From positions 7,237 through 71,236 of the forward strand of contig QCNO01000002.1 of NCBI GenBank assembly GCA_003213165.1: a stretch of DNA of 64,000 bases, in the 5' to 3' direction. This DNA is from OCS155 cluster bacterium AG-426-D23. GTDB taxonomy: Bacteria > Actinomycetota > Acidimicrobiia > Actinomarinales > Actinomarinaceae. Within the stretch, counting starts at the first letter, position 1. Each line of letters opens with the position of its first letter. Position numbers and translations under genes: made by a program. Under the pieces are notes generated by a model. It ran no database searches and had not been told where the DNA came from. It was given only the letters and a program-made list of their open reading frames with translations. Of the stretch, positions 8,660 through 18,741 are shown one piece after another.

Positions 8660-9511
8660 TCAAAGTTTTTTAATTTTGCTTAATTTTATTGCATTATTTA
8701 TTGCCATTAAGCCATCATTATCATTTGGAGACCTTCTTAGGGCCCATAGTCCCCAAGTAATCATAGAGAGCATTTCAAAGTACTCAAATTTTTCAATATC
8801 TTCGTCAGACTTTATCCCTATTTCCATTAATGAACTTTTTTTAAATTCTTCGTTATCATCAAATTCATTTTGCCAAAATAAGTCTGCATAATCAAAGTAG
8901 CTATCTCCCATAGATGAGTATTCCCAATCAATAAGAATTGTTTTATTTTCATAGATTACGAAATTTGCATGGTAAAGATCTTGGTGACACGGTACATTTT
9001 TAATTCCAATTTCGTTTATCTTTTTTATAACATTTGAAGCAACTTCAATAGCATCTTTTTCTACTGGGCGAGAAGCTTCTGCAATATTATGAAAAACTTT
9101 TAGAGGTGAAAAATTTTCTTCAAGTACCAAATCTGAATTATGCAATTCATTTAATATATAAAATGCATTAATCCGCATTTCTTTATTTTTAAAATCTTGT
9201 TGCTTATATGTATATATGTCGAAATATTCTGAAATTTTAATTCCAGTAATTTCATCAAAAAGTATAAACGGAAGCGTTAATCCAGCCTCATAAGCTCTAA
9301 TAGAATTAAGCTTTTCAGATTTTCTATTTATAACATCTGGATTTTTTCCGGGAATTCTCAAAACAAACTTTTTATTATCAATGCTTACAACAACTGTATT
9401 ATTTGTTATTCCATCTAAAGGTGAAATGGTGTATTTATTTTCATCTTTAATATTAGAAATTTCATAATCTAAAAATATTTTTACTACTTCACTAGATTCG
9501 ATCATATTCAT
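8660..9511 (-). CDS. Choline/ethanolamine kinase-like phosphotransferase
   Basis: GITN, VLRIPG, INRxxE, PCHQDL, IDWEYS and DPxxD-like (DSYFDYAD) motifs. Start placed at an ATG among 9505/9511/9517 rather than 9706. Confidence 0.8.
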   Translation of the reverse strand: MNMIESSEVVKIFLDYEISNIKDENKYTISPLDGITNNTVVVSIDNKKFVLRIPGKNPDVINRKSEKLNSIRAYEAGLTLPFILFDEITGIKISEYFDIYTYKQQDFKNKEMRINAFYILNELHNSDLVLEENFSPLKVFHNIAEASRPVEKDAIEVASNVIKKINEIGIKNVPCHQDLYHANFVIYENKTILIDWEYSSMGDSYFDYADLFWQNEFDDNEEFKKSSLMEIGIKSDEDIEKFEYFEMLSMITWGLWALRRSPNDNDGLMAINNAIKLSKIKKL

Positions 9512-9527
9512 TATCATAATATAAGTT

Positions 9528-9728
9528 ATGAATGATCCATTTGCACTAGATTTAACAATAATTCTTCTTCTTCTTGGTGTTGGAGCAGCAATGGTAGCTG
9601 GAAATGTTGCGGCGTTACTCAAATCAAGCAAAGAGGGTACTGAAATTTTCGTTACACGAACAATTTTTTTAACAATTGTTGGTCTTGTAATTACTATCTG
9701 GTCCATTGCTTCGTTAATAAACAGATAA
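9528..9728 (+). CDS. Small two-TM membrane protein
   Basis: Two hydrophobic segments (GAAMVAGN; IVGLVITIWSIASL); fills the gap between divergent genes. Confidence 0.65.
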   Translation: MNDPFALDLTIILLLLGVGAAMVAGNVAALLKSSKEGTEIFVTRTIFLTIVGLVITIWSIASLINR

Positions 9729-9773
9729 AAATACTAAAAATAGGTTATGATATTCAAAGAACTAAAGGTTTAA

Positions 9774-10340
9774 ATGTTATCAGACAAAGACATAAAAATA
9801 TCACTAGAGAATAACGAGATAGTGATTTCTCCTTTAGACGAAGCTTACATTCAGCCTTCAAGTATAGATCTAAGAGTTGGAAATGAATTTAGAGTATTTG
9901 AAAACCATAAATATTCTCATATAGATCCAAAAGCAGAGCAAGAAGATTTAACTACTCTGGTTACTGCAACAATTGATGAACCGTTTGTTCTCCATCCAGG
10001 CGAATTTGTTCTTGGAACTACATATGAAAAAGTGACTTTATCAAATAAAGTAGTTGCAAGACTAGAAGGAAAAAGTTCTCTAGGTAGAATTGGGCTATTA
10101 ATTCACTCGACTGCAGGATTCGTAGACCCTGGTTTTTCAGGCTATCTAACACTTGAGCTTTCAAATGTGGCAAATTTACCAATCAAAATTTACCCTGAAA
10201 TGAAAATAGGTCAGATATCTTTCTATTACTTAAATTCTCCCTCTGAATCCGAATATGGTTCAGGAGTATACGGAAGCAAATATCAGGGACAAGAGGGACC
10301 TACTCCAAGCCGTAGCCATAACGATTTTAAAAATAAATGA
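9774..10340 (+). CDS. dcd: dCTP deaminase
   Basis: [34 protein letters not shown] and KYQGQ motifs. Confidence 0.95.
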   Translation: MLSDKDIKISLENNEIVISPLDEAYIQPSSIDLRVGNEFRVFENHKYSHIDPKAEQEDLTTLVTATIDEPFVLHPGEFVLGTTYEKVTLSNKVVARLEGKSSLGRIGLLIHSTAGFVDPGFSGYLTLELSNVANLPIKIYPEMKIGQISFYYLNSPSESEYGSGVYGSKYQGQEGPTPSRSHNDFKNK

Positions 10341-11020
10341 TTCCAGGTATTGGTACCCTAATAAATTCTTTTGCAGTAATTGGTGTAGGCCTATTGAGTA
10401 GATTTTTTATTAAAAAGGAAATTAAAAACTTTGAAAATAATTTACTGCCTCTTGGTTTGTTGGTATTAACTTTGGGAATTAGAGAATCGCTAAAAAGTCC
10501 AGAATTTTTAGTTACACTTTTTGCTGTTTTAATTGGAGCAATTATTGGTACTTATTTAAAAATTGAAGAAAGAATTAAGAGCTTTGGAGAATATCTTCAT
10601 AAAAAATTTGAAAAAGGAGCAGGAGAAAAAAATAAATTTGTTGAAAGTTACTTAACTGCTTCATTAATAGTGGTTACTGGTCCACTGGCAATTGTGGGTC
10701 CATTCTTAGATGTAGTTGAGGGAAACATTGAGCTTTTGTTAATCAAAACCGCGCTTGATTGTTTCTTAGTTTTATTTTTAACTTCGAGTGGTGGTAAAGG
10801 AGCAGGTTATTCAGGGATTTCCATCTTGATATACCAAGGCTTCTTTACTTCATGCGCTTTAGCTATTGGTGGATCGATCGATCAGACTATGTCTGATTCT
10901 ATAGCTGGAATTGGTGGCGTATTGTTAGTAGGAGTTGGAATTAATTTACTTGGAATCAAACAAATTCCCGTTGGAAATTATATTTTGAGTTTATTTATTC
11001 CGTTTTTTCTAACATTTTAA
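10337..11020 (+). CDS. DUF554 family membrane protein
   Basis: GTLIN N-terminus, GPLAIVG, LLIKxxLD and YQG motifs. Confidence 0.8.
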   Translation: MIPGIGTLINSFAVIGVGLLSRFFIKKEIKNFENNLLPLGLLVLTLGIRESLKSPEFLVTLFAVLIGAIIGTYLKIEERIKSFGEYLHKKFEKGAGEKNKFVESYLTASLIVVTGPLAIVGPFLDVVEGNIELLLIKTALDCFLVLFLTSSGGKGAGYSGISILIYQGFFTSCALAIGGSIDQTMSDSIAGIGGVLLVGVGINLLGIKQIPVGNYILSLFIPFFLTF

Positions 11021-11660
11021 ACACTCGAGTTGCTCCTTGGACTCCCTTAAATTGATCAACAAGCTTTTGGGACTCTTCCTCAAACGTACCTTTTACAAAA
11101 TAATATTGCCTAATTGAAAAACAGCGATTTTTGAAATCTATAGCTATGGGCACAAGCGGTATATTTAGGCCTTTTGCCAGATAGTAAAAACCACTTCTAA
11201 ACTCAGACACTGGCTCTGTGCCTGCCTCAGGTGCAATAACTAAAATATAGTTATCTATTTTTTTGAACTCTTCAACTGCTCCATAAATTAGGCCTTTTGA
11301 ATTAACTCTATATACAGGAATTCCACCAAGTTTTAATAAAAGATATTTTTGTAACCACCAAAATGGCCACGGAACACCTAGTCTGTCTAAATTTTTTGAG
11401 ATAGTAAACAAGCTAGGTAATCGAGTAAATATCCATGCAGCACCAAAAAAATTAATTTTTAGATCTAAAGACCAAACTGCTAAAAGAGCATACCAAGCAT
11501 CTCGCATTGCTGTGTGAGGTAAACCAATAAGAATCATTTTTCTTAAATCTGGAATTTCGCCTTTAATATCCCATCTAAATAGTTTCATTAAAAATCTTCC
11601 AAGGGGGCCAAGAATTCTTCTTTTCTTAATTGCTAGGTTGTTATAATTTGTCTCACTCAT
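10995..11660 (-). CDS. 1-acyl-glycerol-3-phosphate acyltransferase-like protein
   Basis: HxxxxD (HTAMRD), GGIPVxR, APE and SGFYYLA motifs. Confidence 0.8.
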   Translation of the reverse strand: MSETNYNNLAIKKRRILGPLGRFLMKLFRWDIKGEIPDLRKMILIGLPHTAMRDAWYALLAVWSLDLKINFFGAAWIFTRLPSLFTISKNLDRLGVPWPFWWLQKYLLLKLGGIPVYRVNSKGLIYGAVEEFKKIDNYILVIAPEAGTEPVSEFRSGFYYLAKGLNIPLVPIAIDFKNRCFSIRQYYFVKGTFEEESQKLVDQFKGVQGATRVFKMLEKTE

Positions 11661-12643
11661 AACTGTGACACATGTTTTGCTATTTGAACTGCATTAAGTG
11701 CTGCACCTTTGAGTAAGTTATCGGAAACAACCCAAAAGTTGAGTATTTTTTTTGATGAAAGACCCTCTCTCATTCTTGATACCAAAACATCATCTCTTCC
11801 CTCAGCATCAAGTGGAGTAGGTAGTGGATCATCCCAATATTCGATGCCATCAAAATTCTTGATTACGTCAATTGCAGACTCTCTTGTAACTTCATTTTCA
11901 AAAACTGCTGAACAGAATGTTCCGTGTCCTGTTTTTACTCCAACCCTAGCGTTTGAAGGCTCTACAATTAAGTCGTCTATAGAAAGTATCTTTCTTGATT
12001 CATTTACAAACTTCATTTCTTCGTCAGAATATCCGTTCTCTAATAAGTTTCCAGCAATTGGAATAACATTTTTCGCAATCGGTCTTGAATAAAAGCCATC
12101 TGAATAGTCATCTTTCAATTCTTCTCCCATTTCAATTTCTCTATTAAGAGAATCCACCGCTTGCGTTCCTGATCCTGATACTGCTTGATACGCGACTGGC
12201 GTAATAGATTTAAGGTCGAATTTATCATGGAGTGGCTTTAAAGCCATAACTAAACCCATAGTTGTACAGTTCGGATTAGCAATTAGTTTTGTATTGCTAT
12301 TTATAGTTTCTTCATTAATTCCATAAACTACTAATGGGACTTCATTGTCATGTCTGAAAGCTGATGAGTTATCAATGACATAAGCTCCATGTTCTACAAA
12401 CTTCTTGGCAAATTCTCTGGATCTATCACCACCAGCTGAAAAAAGGGCAATATCAAATTCTGATATATTTTCATCAATTAACTCTTTAACAATCAACTTA
12501 TCTTTATTTATTTCTAATTCAGTGCCTTTTGATTTATGTGATGCAAAGAAAGTGTATGAAGTGTCTTTCGAAAAATACTCTTCTGATAGATTTATGATTT
12601 TACGACCAACTAATCCAGTTGCCCCAATAATGGCTATTTTCAT
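11657..12643 (-). CDS. asd: Aspartate-semialdehyde dehydrogenase
   Basis: GATGLVG, IDNSSAFR, NPNCTT, YQAVSGSG and DNLLKGAA motifs. Confidence 0.95.
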   Translation of the reverse strand: MKIAIIGATGLVGRKIINLSEEYFSKDTSYTFFASHKSKGTELEINKDKLIVKELIDENISEFDIALFSAGGDRSREFAKKFVEHGAYVIDNSSAFRHDNEVPLVVYGINEETINSNTKLIANPNCTTMGLVMALKPLHDKFDLKSITPVAYQAVSGSGTQAVDSLNREIEMGEELKDDYSDGFYSRPIAKNVIPIAGNLLENGYSDEEMKFVNESRKILSIDDLIVEPSNARVGVKTGHGTFCSAVFENEVTRESAIDVIKNFDGIEYWDDPLPTPLDAEGRDDVLVSRMREGLSSKKILNFWVVSDNLLKGAALNAVQIAKHVSQL

Positions 12644-13860
12644 TAGTTTGTTATGAATTCTTCATGTAGGACATTAAGAGCCTTCTCAATATCATTACTG
12701 CTGATAACACAGGATACTCTAATAGGAGAAGTCGATATCATTGATATATTAATTTTATTATTTCCCAAAGTTTTAAACATTTTTGAGGCAACTCCCGATT
12801 CTGATTTCATACCTGCACCGATTATAGAAATTCGAGCGATATTTTCATCTACGTCATAACCTTTTGCATCGAGTTGTTTTGAAATATTTTTTAAAGCATC
12901 TTCTACATCTTTTTGTTGTTCGGAGGGAGCAGTAAATGAAATATCAGTAATTGATTCTTTAGATACGTTTTGAACAATCATATCAACATTTATTCCAATC
13001 TCTGAAAGAGACCCAAAAACTGTACCAGCAATGCCTGGCTGATCAGGAACACCAAAAAGTGTGAACTTAACTTCTTTATCATTATGGGTTACCCCACTTA
13101 CAATTGCCTCTTCCATTTTTTTTTCTTTCACTACGGTACCTTTATTGTTTGTAAAAGTTGATTTTACAATTATTGGCACATTATACCTTCTACCAAATTC
13201 TACAGACCTAGCCATTAATACACCTGCTCCAGAAGAAGACATTTCAAGCATCTCGTCATAAGTAATTTCATCAATTAGCTTTGCTGAATTAATAATTCTA
13301 GGATCCGCAGTAAATACCCCCTCCACATCAGTAAATATTTCACACTTTTCAGCACCAAGGGCAGCTGCTAAAGCAACCGCAGTGGCATCAGATCCTCCTC
13401 TGCCTAAGGTAGTTATTTCTTTCGTGTCACGATTAAAGCCTTGGAATCCTGCAACAATAACGATGTCTCCTCGTTCAATGCCCTCTCTAACTCTTTCACC
13501 TGAGATTTCTTCAATTTCTGCTTTGCCGTGCCTAGATGTAGTAATTATTCCAGCTTGAGAACCTGTAAGAGAAAATGAACTATGACCCAAACTATTTAAA
13601 TGCATTGAAAGTAGCGACATGGTTATTCTCTCGCCAGCAGATAACAACATATCCATCTCACGTGGAGTGGGTTGTTCGGAAAGCTCATTGGCTAAATCAA
13701 TTAATTCATCTGTGCTTGATCCCATTGCTGAAGGCACAACTACAACTTCATACCCTTCTTTCTTACGGTCAATTATTCTCTCCGCAACTATTTTTAGCGA
13801 GCTTGTGTCAGCTACGCTAGTTCCACCAAATTTTTGTACGATTAATTTCATTGGAAACAT
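12643..13860 (-). CDS. lysC: Aspartate kinase
   Basis: QKFGGTSV, TTLGRGGSD and DPR motifs, two ACT domains, adjacent to asd. Confidence 0.95.
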   Translation of the reverse strand: MFPMKLIVQKFGGTSVADTSSLKIVAERIIDRKKEGYEVVVVPSAMGSSTDELIDLANELSEQPTPREMDMLLSAGERITMSLLSMHLNSLGHSSFSLTGSQAGIITTSRHGKAEIEEISGERVREGIERGDIVIVAGFQGFNRDTKEITTLGRGGSDATAVALAAALGAEKCEIFTDVEGVFTADPRIINSAKLIDEITYDEMLEMSSSGAGVLMARSVEFGRRYNVPIIVKSTFTNNKGTVVKEKKMEEAIVSGVTHNDKEVKFTLFGVPDQPGIAGTVFGSLSEIGINVDMIVQNVSKESITDISFTAPSEQQKDVEDALKNISKQLDAKGYDVDENIARISIIGAGMKSESGVASKMFKTLGNNKINISMISTSPIRVSCVISSNDIEKALNVLHEEFITN

Positions 13861-13907
13861 TCTAATTAATTTATTAAAGAATTAAAGACCCTAGTACTCT
13901 AGTTTTT

Positions 13908-14786
13908 ATGAGTATAGATTTGCACATTCACTCAGTTAATTCTGATGGAACCTTCTCAGTAGAGGAAATCGTGAATCTTTCTAAGGAATTACAATTAGAA
14001 GCAATATCAATAACAGATCATGAATATTTAACTGAGGTGCCTTCCGATAATGACATAAAAATAGTTAAAGGAATTGAAGTTGGTGCAGATTGGAAGGAAT
14101 TAAAGTCAAAAAATCCATTTGCTGGTATTCATCTCTTAGTCTATTTTTTAGACAGAAACACAAGTTTAAACGTAAGACTTGAAGAGATTAGAAGTAAGAA
14201 GAAAGAGAGAAATTATATAATTCTTGAAAGCTTGAAGAAATCAGGCATAGATATTGAAAAATCTGAGCTAGATCTCGTAAAAACTAAGGTGCCTGGTAGA
14301 CCACACATTGCACAAATAATGGTTGAGAAGCAGTATGTAAGTAATGTAAGTGAAGCCTTTACAAAATTTTTAAGAAATGGGGTCATCCCCAATATAGATA
14401 CTCATCAACTTGATATTGAAGAAATAATTCAATTATCAAAAGAATCAAAGTCGCTAATTTTTTTAGCACACCCTCATACTCTCATGAGCAGTGAATCATA
14501 CAAAAAAAATCAAAATTGGGTTACTTCAGAATTTTTGACCTATCTAAAACAAATAAAAATGATGGGACTGAGTGGTCTAGAAGTTTACTACCCAGGTTAT
14601 AACAATTCTGTAAAGGCTCAACTTATTGAAATTTGTGAAAGTTTAGATCTATTAATTTCTGGTGGGAGTGATTTTCATGGTGAAAATAAGCCAAATAATT
14701 TGCTTGGAATAGGTTATGAAAATAATCCAATAAAAGTTCCCTTAAATTTATTATCTAGAATGGAAGAAGCTTATGCAAAACTATAA
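13908..14786 (+). CDS. PHP domain metal-dependent phosphoesterase
   Basis: DLHIHS, SDG, ITDH, GRPH, AHP and GGSDFHG motifs. Confidence 0.88.
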   Translation: MSIDLHIHSVNSDGTFSVEEIVNLSKELQLEAISITDHEYLTEVPSDNDIKIVKGIEVGADWKELKSKNPFAGIHLLVYFLDRNTSLNVRLEEIRSKKKERNYIILESLKKSGIDIEKSELDLVKTKVPGRPHIAQIMVEKQYVSNVSEAFTKFLRNGVIPNIDTHQLDIEEIIQLSKESKSLIFLAHPHTLMSSESYKKNQNWVTSEFLTYLKQIKMMGLSGLEVYYPGYNNSVKAQLIEICESLDLLISGGSDFHGENKPNNLLGIGYENNPIKVPLNLLSRMEEAYAKL

Positions 14787-16254
14787 AAAATTGATGGGTT
14801 CTATATCTATAGTTACAGCTTCGTATGCTGCTAGTAGACTTTTAGGATTTTTTAGAGAGATTCTTCTAGCTAAATGGACTGGAGTTTCAGGTGCGACAGA
14901 CACACTTGATTTAGCATTTATAATTCCAGATTTCTTGTTTTATCTTTCAGCTGGAGGTTACCTTGCCATAACTCTGATTCCCTTGATGAGTAGTAAGTCA
15001 GAAGAAAAATTAAATAACTATTTCTTGTCACTTTTATATGGGCTGTCTTTGGTTTTTATTTTATTTTCAGCCATAGTTTTCTTGTTTAGATACCAATTGT
15101 CAGAGGTTCTAAATGTTGAGTCACCTGCATTCTTTATTGAGATATTTACCCCAATTATATTTAGTCAAATATTCTTTTTTATAGGGGCAATCCTTATGTC
15201 TTATCAGTATTTAAAGGAAAACTTCTTATTTGCATCACTTGCCCCATTGGTTTACAACAGTACGATTATATTTTTTGGTTGGATCAACTCTAGTTCTCCA
15301 GAAAGTACAGTTAAAGGTTTCGCTATAGGTACTTTAGTCGGTTCAATAATTGGCCATTTAATAATTCAGGTTATTGGTGCATCGAGGTCGGGTCTAAAAT
15401 ACAGTTTTGTACCTCCTCGACTGAGATATTTGAAAGAGTATCTATTTATCTCTTTACCCCTTGTTGTTGGACAATCAATTGCTGTAATTGATGAACAGCT
15501 TTTCAGAATTTTTGGGTCAATGCTTACTGTTGGTAGTGTTGCAACTTTTCGATACGCACGCAGGATTGCCATACTTCCAGTTGGTATAATTGCTCAAGCA
15601 ATTGGTGTTGCAAGTTATCCATTGCTTGCAAGATTGTTCAAAACAGACGAAATAGGCGAATTAGTACTTCTAGTTAGAAAACAACTCTCTTATCTGTTTT
15701 TATTCAATGGTGCCGTTATGGTCTTCTGTCTTGGTAATGCTGAATCTATAATTTCTATAATTTACGAACGTGGAGCTTTCAATTCAACAAACACATTAAC
15801 TGTGGCCAGTATATTTTCAATTGTTGTTTTTGCTATATTGCCTTGGTCTATGAATCAAGTTCTTACAAGATCATATTATGTTCAAAAATTATTCTGGTTT
15901 CCTGTAATAAGCGGTACTGTTATTTCTATATTAACTACGATTCTTTTGCTTGTTATAGACAATAAAGATGCACAGACTTATGCTCTACTAATAACATTGT
16001 CTTTATTTGTTTATTCAATATATTTACTGATTAATTTAAAAGTTAAAAATATAAAAGTACTTAACCTATCTCTAGTTAAAGATTACATTAAATCATGTGC
16101 AATTTTGATACTATCATTCTTTCTTTCTGAATTGTTAGTTTTTGAAGGTACATTCATACAACTTTCAACAAGCTTTGTAAGTATTGTAGGTTTGACTTTT
16201 ACTTTTCTTGTATTGCTAAAATTTGAATATATTAATATTACGAAAAGAAACTAA
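14773..16254 (+). CDS. murJ: Lipid II flippase MurJ/MviN
   Basis: SRLLGFFRE, AFxIPD, LPVGI and YERGAF motifs; many TM segments. Confidence 0.88.
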   Translation: MQNYKKLMGSISIVTASYAASRLLGFFREILLAKWTGVSGATDTLDLAFIIPDFLFYLSAGGYLAITLIPLMSSKSEEKLNNYFLSLLYGLSLVFILFSAIVFLFRYQLSEVLNVESPAFFIEIFTPIIFSQIFFFIGAILMSYQYLKENFLFASLAPLVYNSTIIFFGWINSSSPESTVKGFAIGTLVGSIIGHLIIQVIGASRSGLKYSFVPPRLRYLKEYLFISLPLVVGQSIAVIDEQLFRIFGSMLTVGSVATFRYARRIAILPVGIIAQAIGVASYPLLARLFKTDEIGELVLLVRKQLSYLFLFNGAVMVFCLGNAESIISIIYERGAFNSTNTLTVASIFSIVVFAILPWSMNQVLTRSYYVQKLFWFPVISGTVISILTTILLLVIDNKDAQTYALLITLSLFVYSIYLLINLKVKNIKVLNLSLVKDYIKSCAILILSFFLSELLVFEGTFIQLSTSFVSIVGLTFTFLVLLKFEYINITKRN

Positions 16255-16595
16255 TGCAAAAATTTCCATTAAAAAAAGGTCTGTCCAGTGCACAAGAATT
16301 GCATGAGGAAATAAACGATTATATAGATGTGTTAATGGGGCACATTAACCCCCCGATTGCAGATGGGGTCGATACACTTTTTGAAGTTAGCAGTACATAT
16401 CTGGCAAGAGCTAAAGAAATAGAGATAAAATTACTTGAAAGAGAAAGAAACACAAAAGTTGAGTCTGGAGACGAACTAAAAAAATTCAGAACTGGAGAGT
16501 TAAGAAGTTTTATAGAGTTGTGTAAAAGTGCTCAAAATCAAGGATCTCGAAGAATAACAGTCGCTTTAAGTGAATTAAATCTTAAAGAGAATTAG
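16254..16595 (+). CDS. Hypothetical helical protein, 113 aa
   Basis: Clean ORF coupled to murJ (TAATG overlap); no confident family. Confidence 0.65.
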   Translation: MQKFPLKKGLSSAQELHEEINDYIDVLMGHINPPIADGVDTLFEVSSTYLARAKEIEIKLLERERNTKVESGDELKKFRTGELRSFIELCKSAQNQGSRRITVALSELNLKEN

Positions 16596-18121
16596 TCAAT
16601 ATTTTCGATATCAAAAACTTCACTAATGTTTTCTTGAACATTGTTTTCTGTACGAGAGTTTTCCGATAAGCCTTTTGCTGCCTTTACTTGTATAGAAACT
16701 TTTAGTCCCATTATTTTTGCTATTTCTGATTCAATAAATTCCAAAATATCTTGCGATTTTTTTAACTCAGTAATTAAATAATCATTCTCATCATCAACAT
16801 AAAGAGTCAGGTTTTCCTTGTCATCTATCTGAGGCCTTACCAAAGTAATATAGGAATATTTTCTAGGTGTAAGTGTGTTTTTTCCTTCTTGAAGTATTTT
16901 TGGCCAATATACATCAAAATTTTCTAGATCTTTTTTTGAGGCTTTATTTGTGCTTTTAGTTATTTTTTCAGTATTTTGTTTTGGTTTTGGCATTTGTTTT
17001 GAAGAAGGGATTTCTTTAACAACATCTTCTTGAATGTTCTGTTCACCCTCTAAAAGATCAACTCGCCTTGAAATTGATTTTATATCAGATGCGAGTTGGG
17101 GTTTAATTAATTTAATAAGGAATAATTCCAACTTTAATTCTTGAGAAGGTGCATTGACAATTGTTTGGTTAAGTTCATCCAATAAATCCAAGACTCTAGA
17201 TAGCTGCTTAGCAGTTATAAATTCATTTGAATGTTTTACTAATGTGTTTTCACTTTCGCTAATAGCTAAAAAAGTATCATCATCAGGCAAATATTTGAAG
17301 TAAAAAATATTTCTAAATAACTCGGTAATAGAATTTAGGATGTCCAAAGGTTGAAGCCCTTTGCTGTAGTTAACTTTAAGAATATTTAGAATCTCAGATG
17401 TATCTTGTGTATTCATAGACTCAATAATTTGCTGTAAATCAGCAATAGAGACCTTGCCAAGAATACTGTACAAGTCATCGATGGTTGCTTTATTACCAAA
17501 TGTATTATGGGTTTGTTCAAAAAGATTTATTGCATCACGTAATGAACCGTCGCTTTGATTAGCAATATAGCTTAAGACATCATCATTAATTTTTATTTTT
17601 TCATTTTTACCAATCTCATTAAGTGTGCTTATAATTTCATCATTCCCAATTCTTTTAAAAGCTATGTGAGTTGTTCTGCTTTTAATAGTTTCTAATACTC
17701 TTTCAGGTTCTGTGGTTGCAAGTATAAATATCACGTGCTCTGGTGGTTCCTCTAAAGTTTTTAAAAATGCATTTGATGCTGCATTAGATAACATATGTAC
17801 TTCATCTAAAATAAATACTCTCTTTTTACCAGGGCTACTAGCTATAAAGTTGATACTGTCGTTTAACTCTCTAATGTCATCGACCTTATTATGGGAAGCT
17901 GCATCTATTTCTGTAATATCAAAGACCGGATCACAACCCAAAGTAGTTGCAATTATTCTTGCAAGTGAGGTTTTGCCAACACCTCTTGGTCCAGAAAATA
18001 AGTATGCATGACTTAGATTATTATTCTTTATTTGCTTTTCAATTAACGTTACAGCATCAGATTGACCCACTAGCTTTTTTAAGCTATTAGGTCTGTATTT
18101 TCTATATAAGGCTTCTTGCAT
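16592..18121 (-). CDS. dnaX: DNA polymerase III subunit gamma/tau
   Basis: LYRKYRP, GPRGVGKTS, EIDAAS, DEVHML, LKTLEEPP and GSLRDA motifs. Confidence 0.95.
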   Translation of the reverse strand: MQEALYRKYRPNSLKKLVGQSDAVTLIEKQIKNNNLSHAYLFSGPRGVGKTSLARIIATTLGCDPVFDITEIDAASHNKVDDIRELNDSINFIASSPGKKRVFILDEVHMLSNAASNAFLKTLEEPPEHVIFILATTEPERVLETIKSRTTHIAFKRIGNDEIISTLNEIGKNEKIKINDDVLSYIANQSDGSLRDAINLFEQTHNTFGNKATIDDLYSILGKVSIADLQQIIESMNTQDTSEILNILKVNYSKGLQPLDILNSITELFRNIFYFKYLPDDDTFLAISESENTLVKHSNEFITAKQLSRVLDLLDELNQTIVNAPSQELKLELFLIKLIKPQLASDIKSISRRVDLLEGEQNIQEDVVKEIPSSKQMPKPKQNTEKITKSTNKASKKDLENFDVYWPKILQEGKNTLTPRKYSYITLVRPQIDDKENLTLYVDDENDYLITELKKSQDILEFIESEIAKIMGLKVSIQVKAAKGLSENSRTENNVQENISEVFDIENID

Positions 18122-18129
18122 ATCTATAA

Positions 18130-18732
18130 ATGGTAATATCTTTACTTTCTATAATGCACTATACAATTAAACTAAGTCAAATGAGAATAGGAGTTGACTT
18201 AGATGGTGTTGTTGCCAATTTTACTAAAGGCTGGACAGAGCATTACAAAATAGAATTTGGTAAAGAAATACTTGAATCAGATATTATTAATTGGGGATTA
18301 TCTAAACCTTTGACACATTTCGAAACAGAACTAGATTTCTGGGAATGGGCTAAAGAGATTAACGGAAGTTCAATATTTAGAAATTTAGAAACCTACGAAA
18401 ATTCAGTTGAAGTTTTAACTAAGCTTGCTTTGAGTGGACATGAAATTGTAATTTTATCTTCAAAGCCATGGTGGTCAATACACGATACTTTAATGTGGCT
18501 TGGTGAAAACAAAATTCCTTCAAGAGAAATACATTTTATTGAGGATAAGTGGAGAGTTGAGTGTGATGTTTACATTGATGATGCACCACATCAAATAGAA
18601 AACTTTGTGAAAAAAGTACCTGACAAATTAATTTTACGTTTTGTGAGAGAGTACAACAGACCCGTAAGAGGTGCTGTAGATATACACAACTGGGCAGAAT
18701 TAACTTCTTTACTTGAGGAACACAACTTGTAA
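18130..18732 (+). CDS. 5'(3')-deoxyribonucleotidase, HAD superfamily (likely start near 18181)
   Basis: GVDLDGV motif I and YIDD motif IV. Confidence 0.8.
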   Translation: MVISLLSIMHYTIKLSQMRIGVDLDGVVANFTKGWTEHYKIEFGKEILESDIINWGLSKPLTHFETELDFWEWAKEINGSSIFRNLETYENSVEVLTKLALSGHEIVILSSKPWWSIHDTLMWLGENKIPSREIHFIEDKWRVECDVYIDDAPHQIENFVKKVPDKLILRFVREYNRPVRGAVDIHNWAELTSLLEEHNL

Positions 18733-18741
18733 AGTAATTAT

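Noticed and set aside
9512-9706. N-terminal extension of the choline-kinase-like ORF
   Set aside because: It is the antisense of the 9528-9728 membrane protein; kinase similarity starts near 9505-9517.
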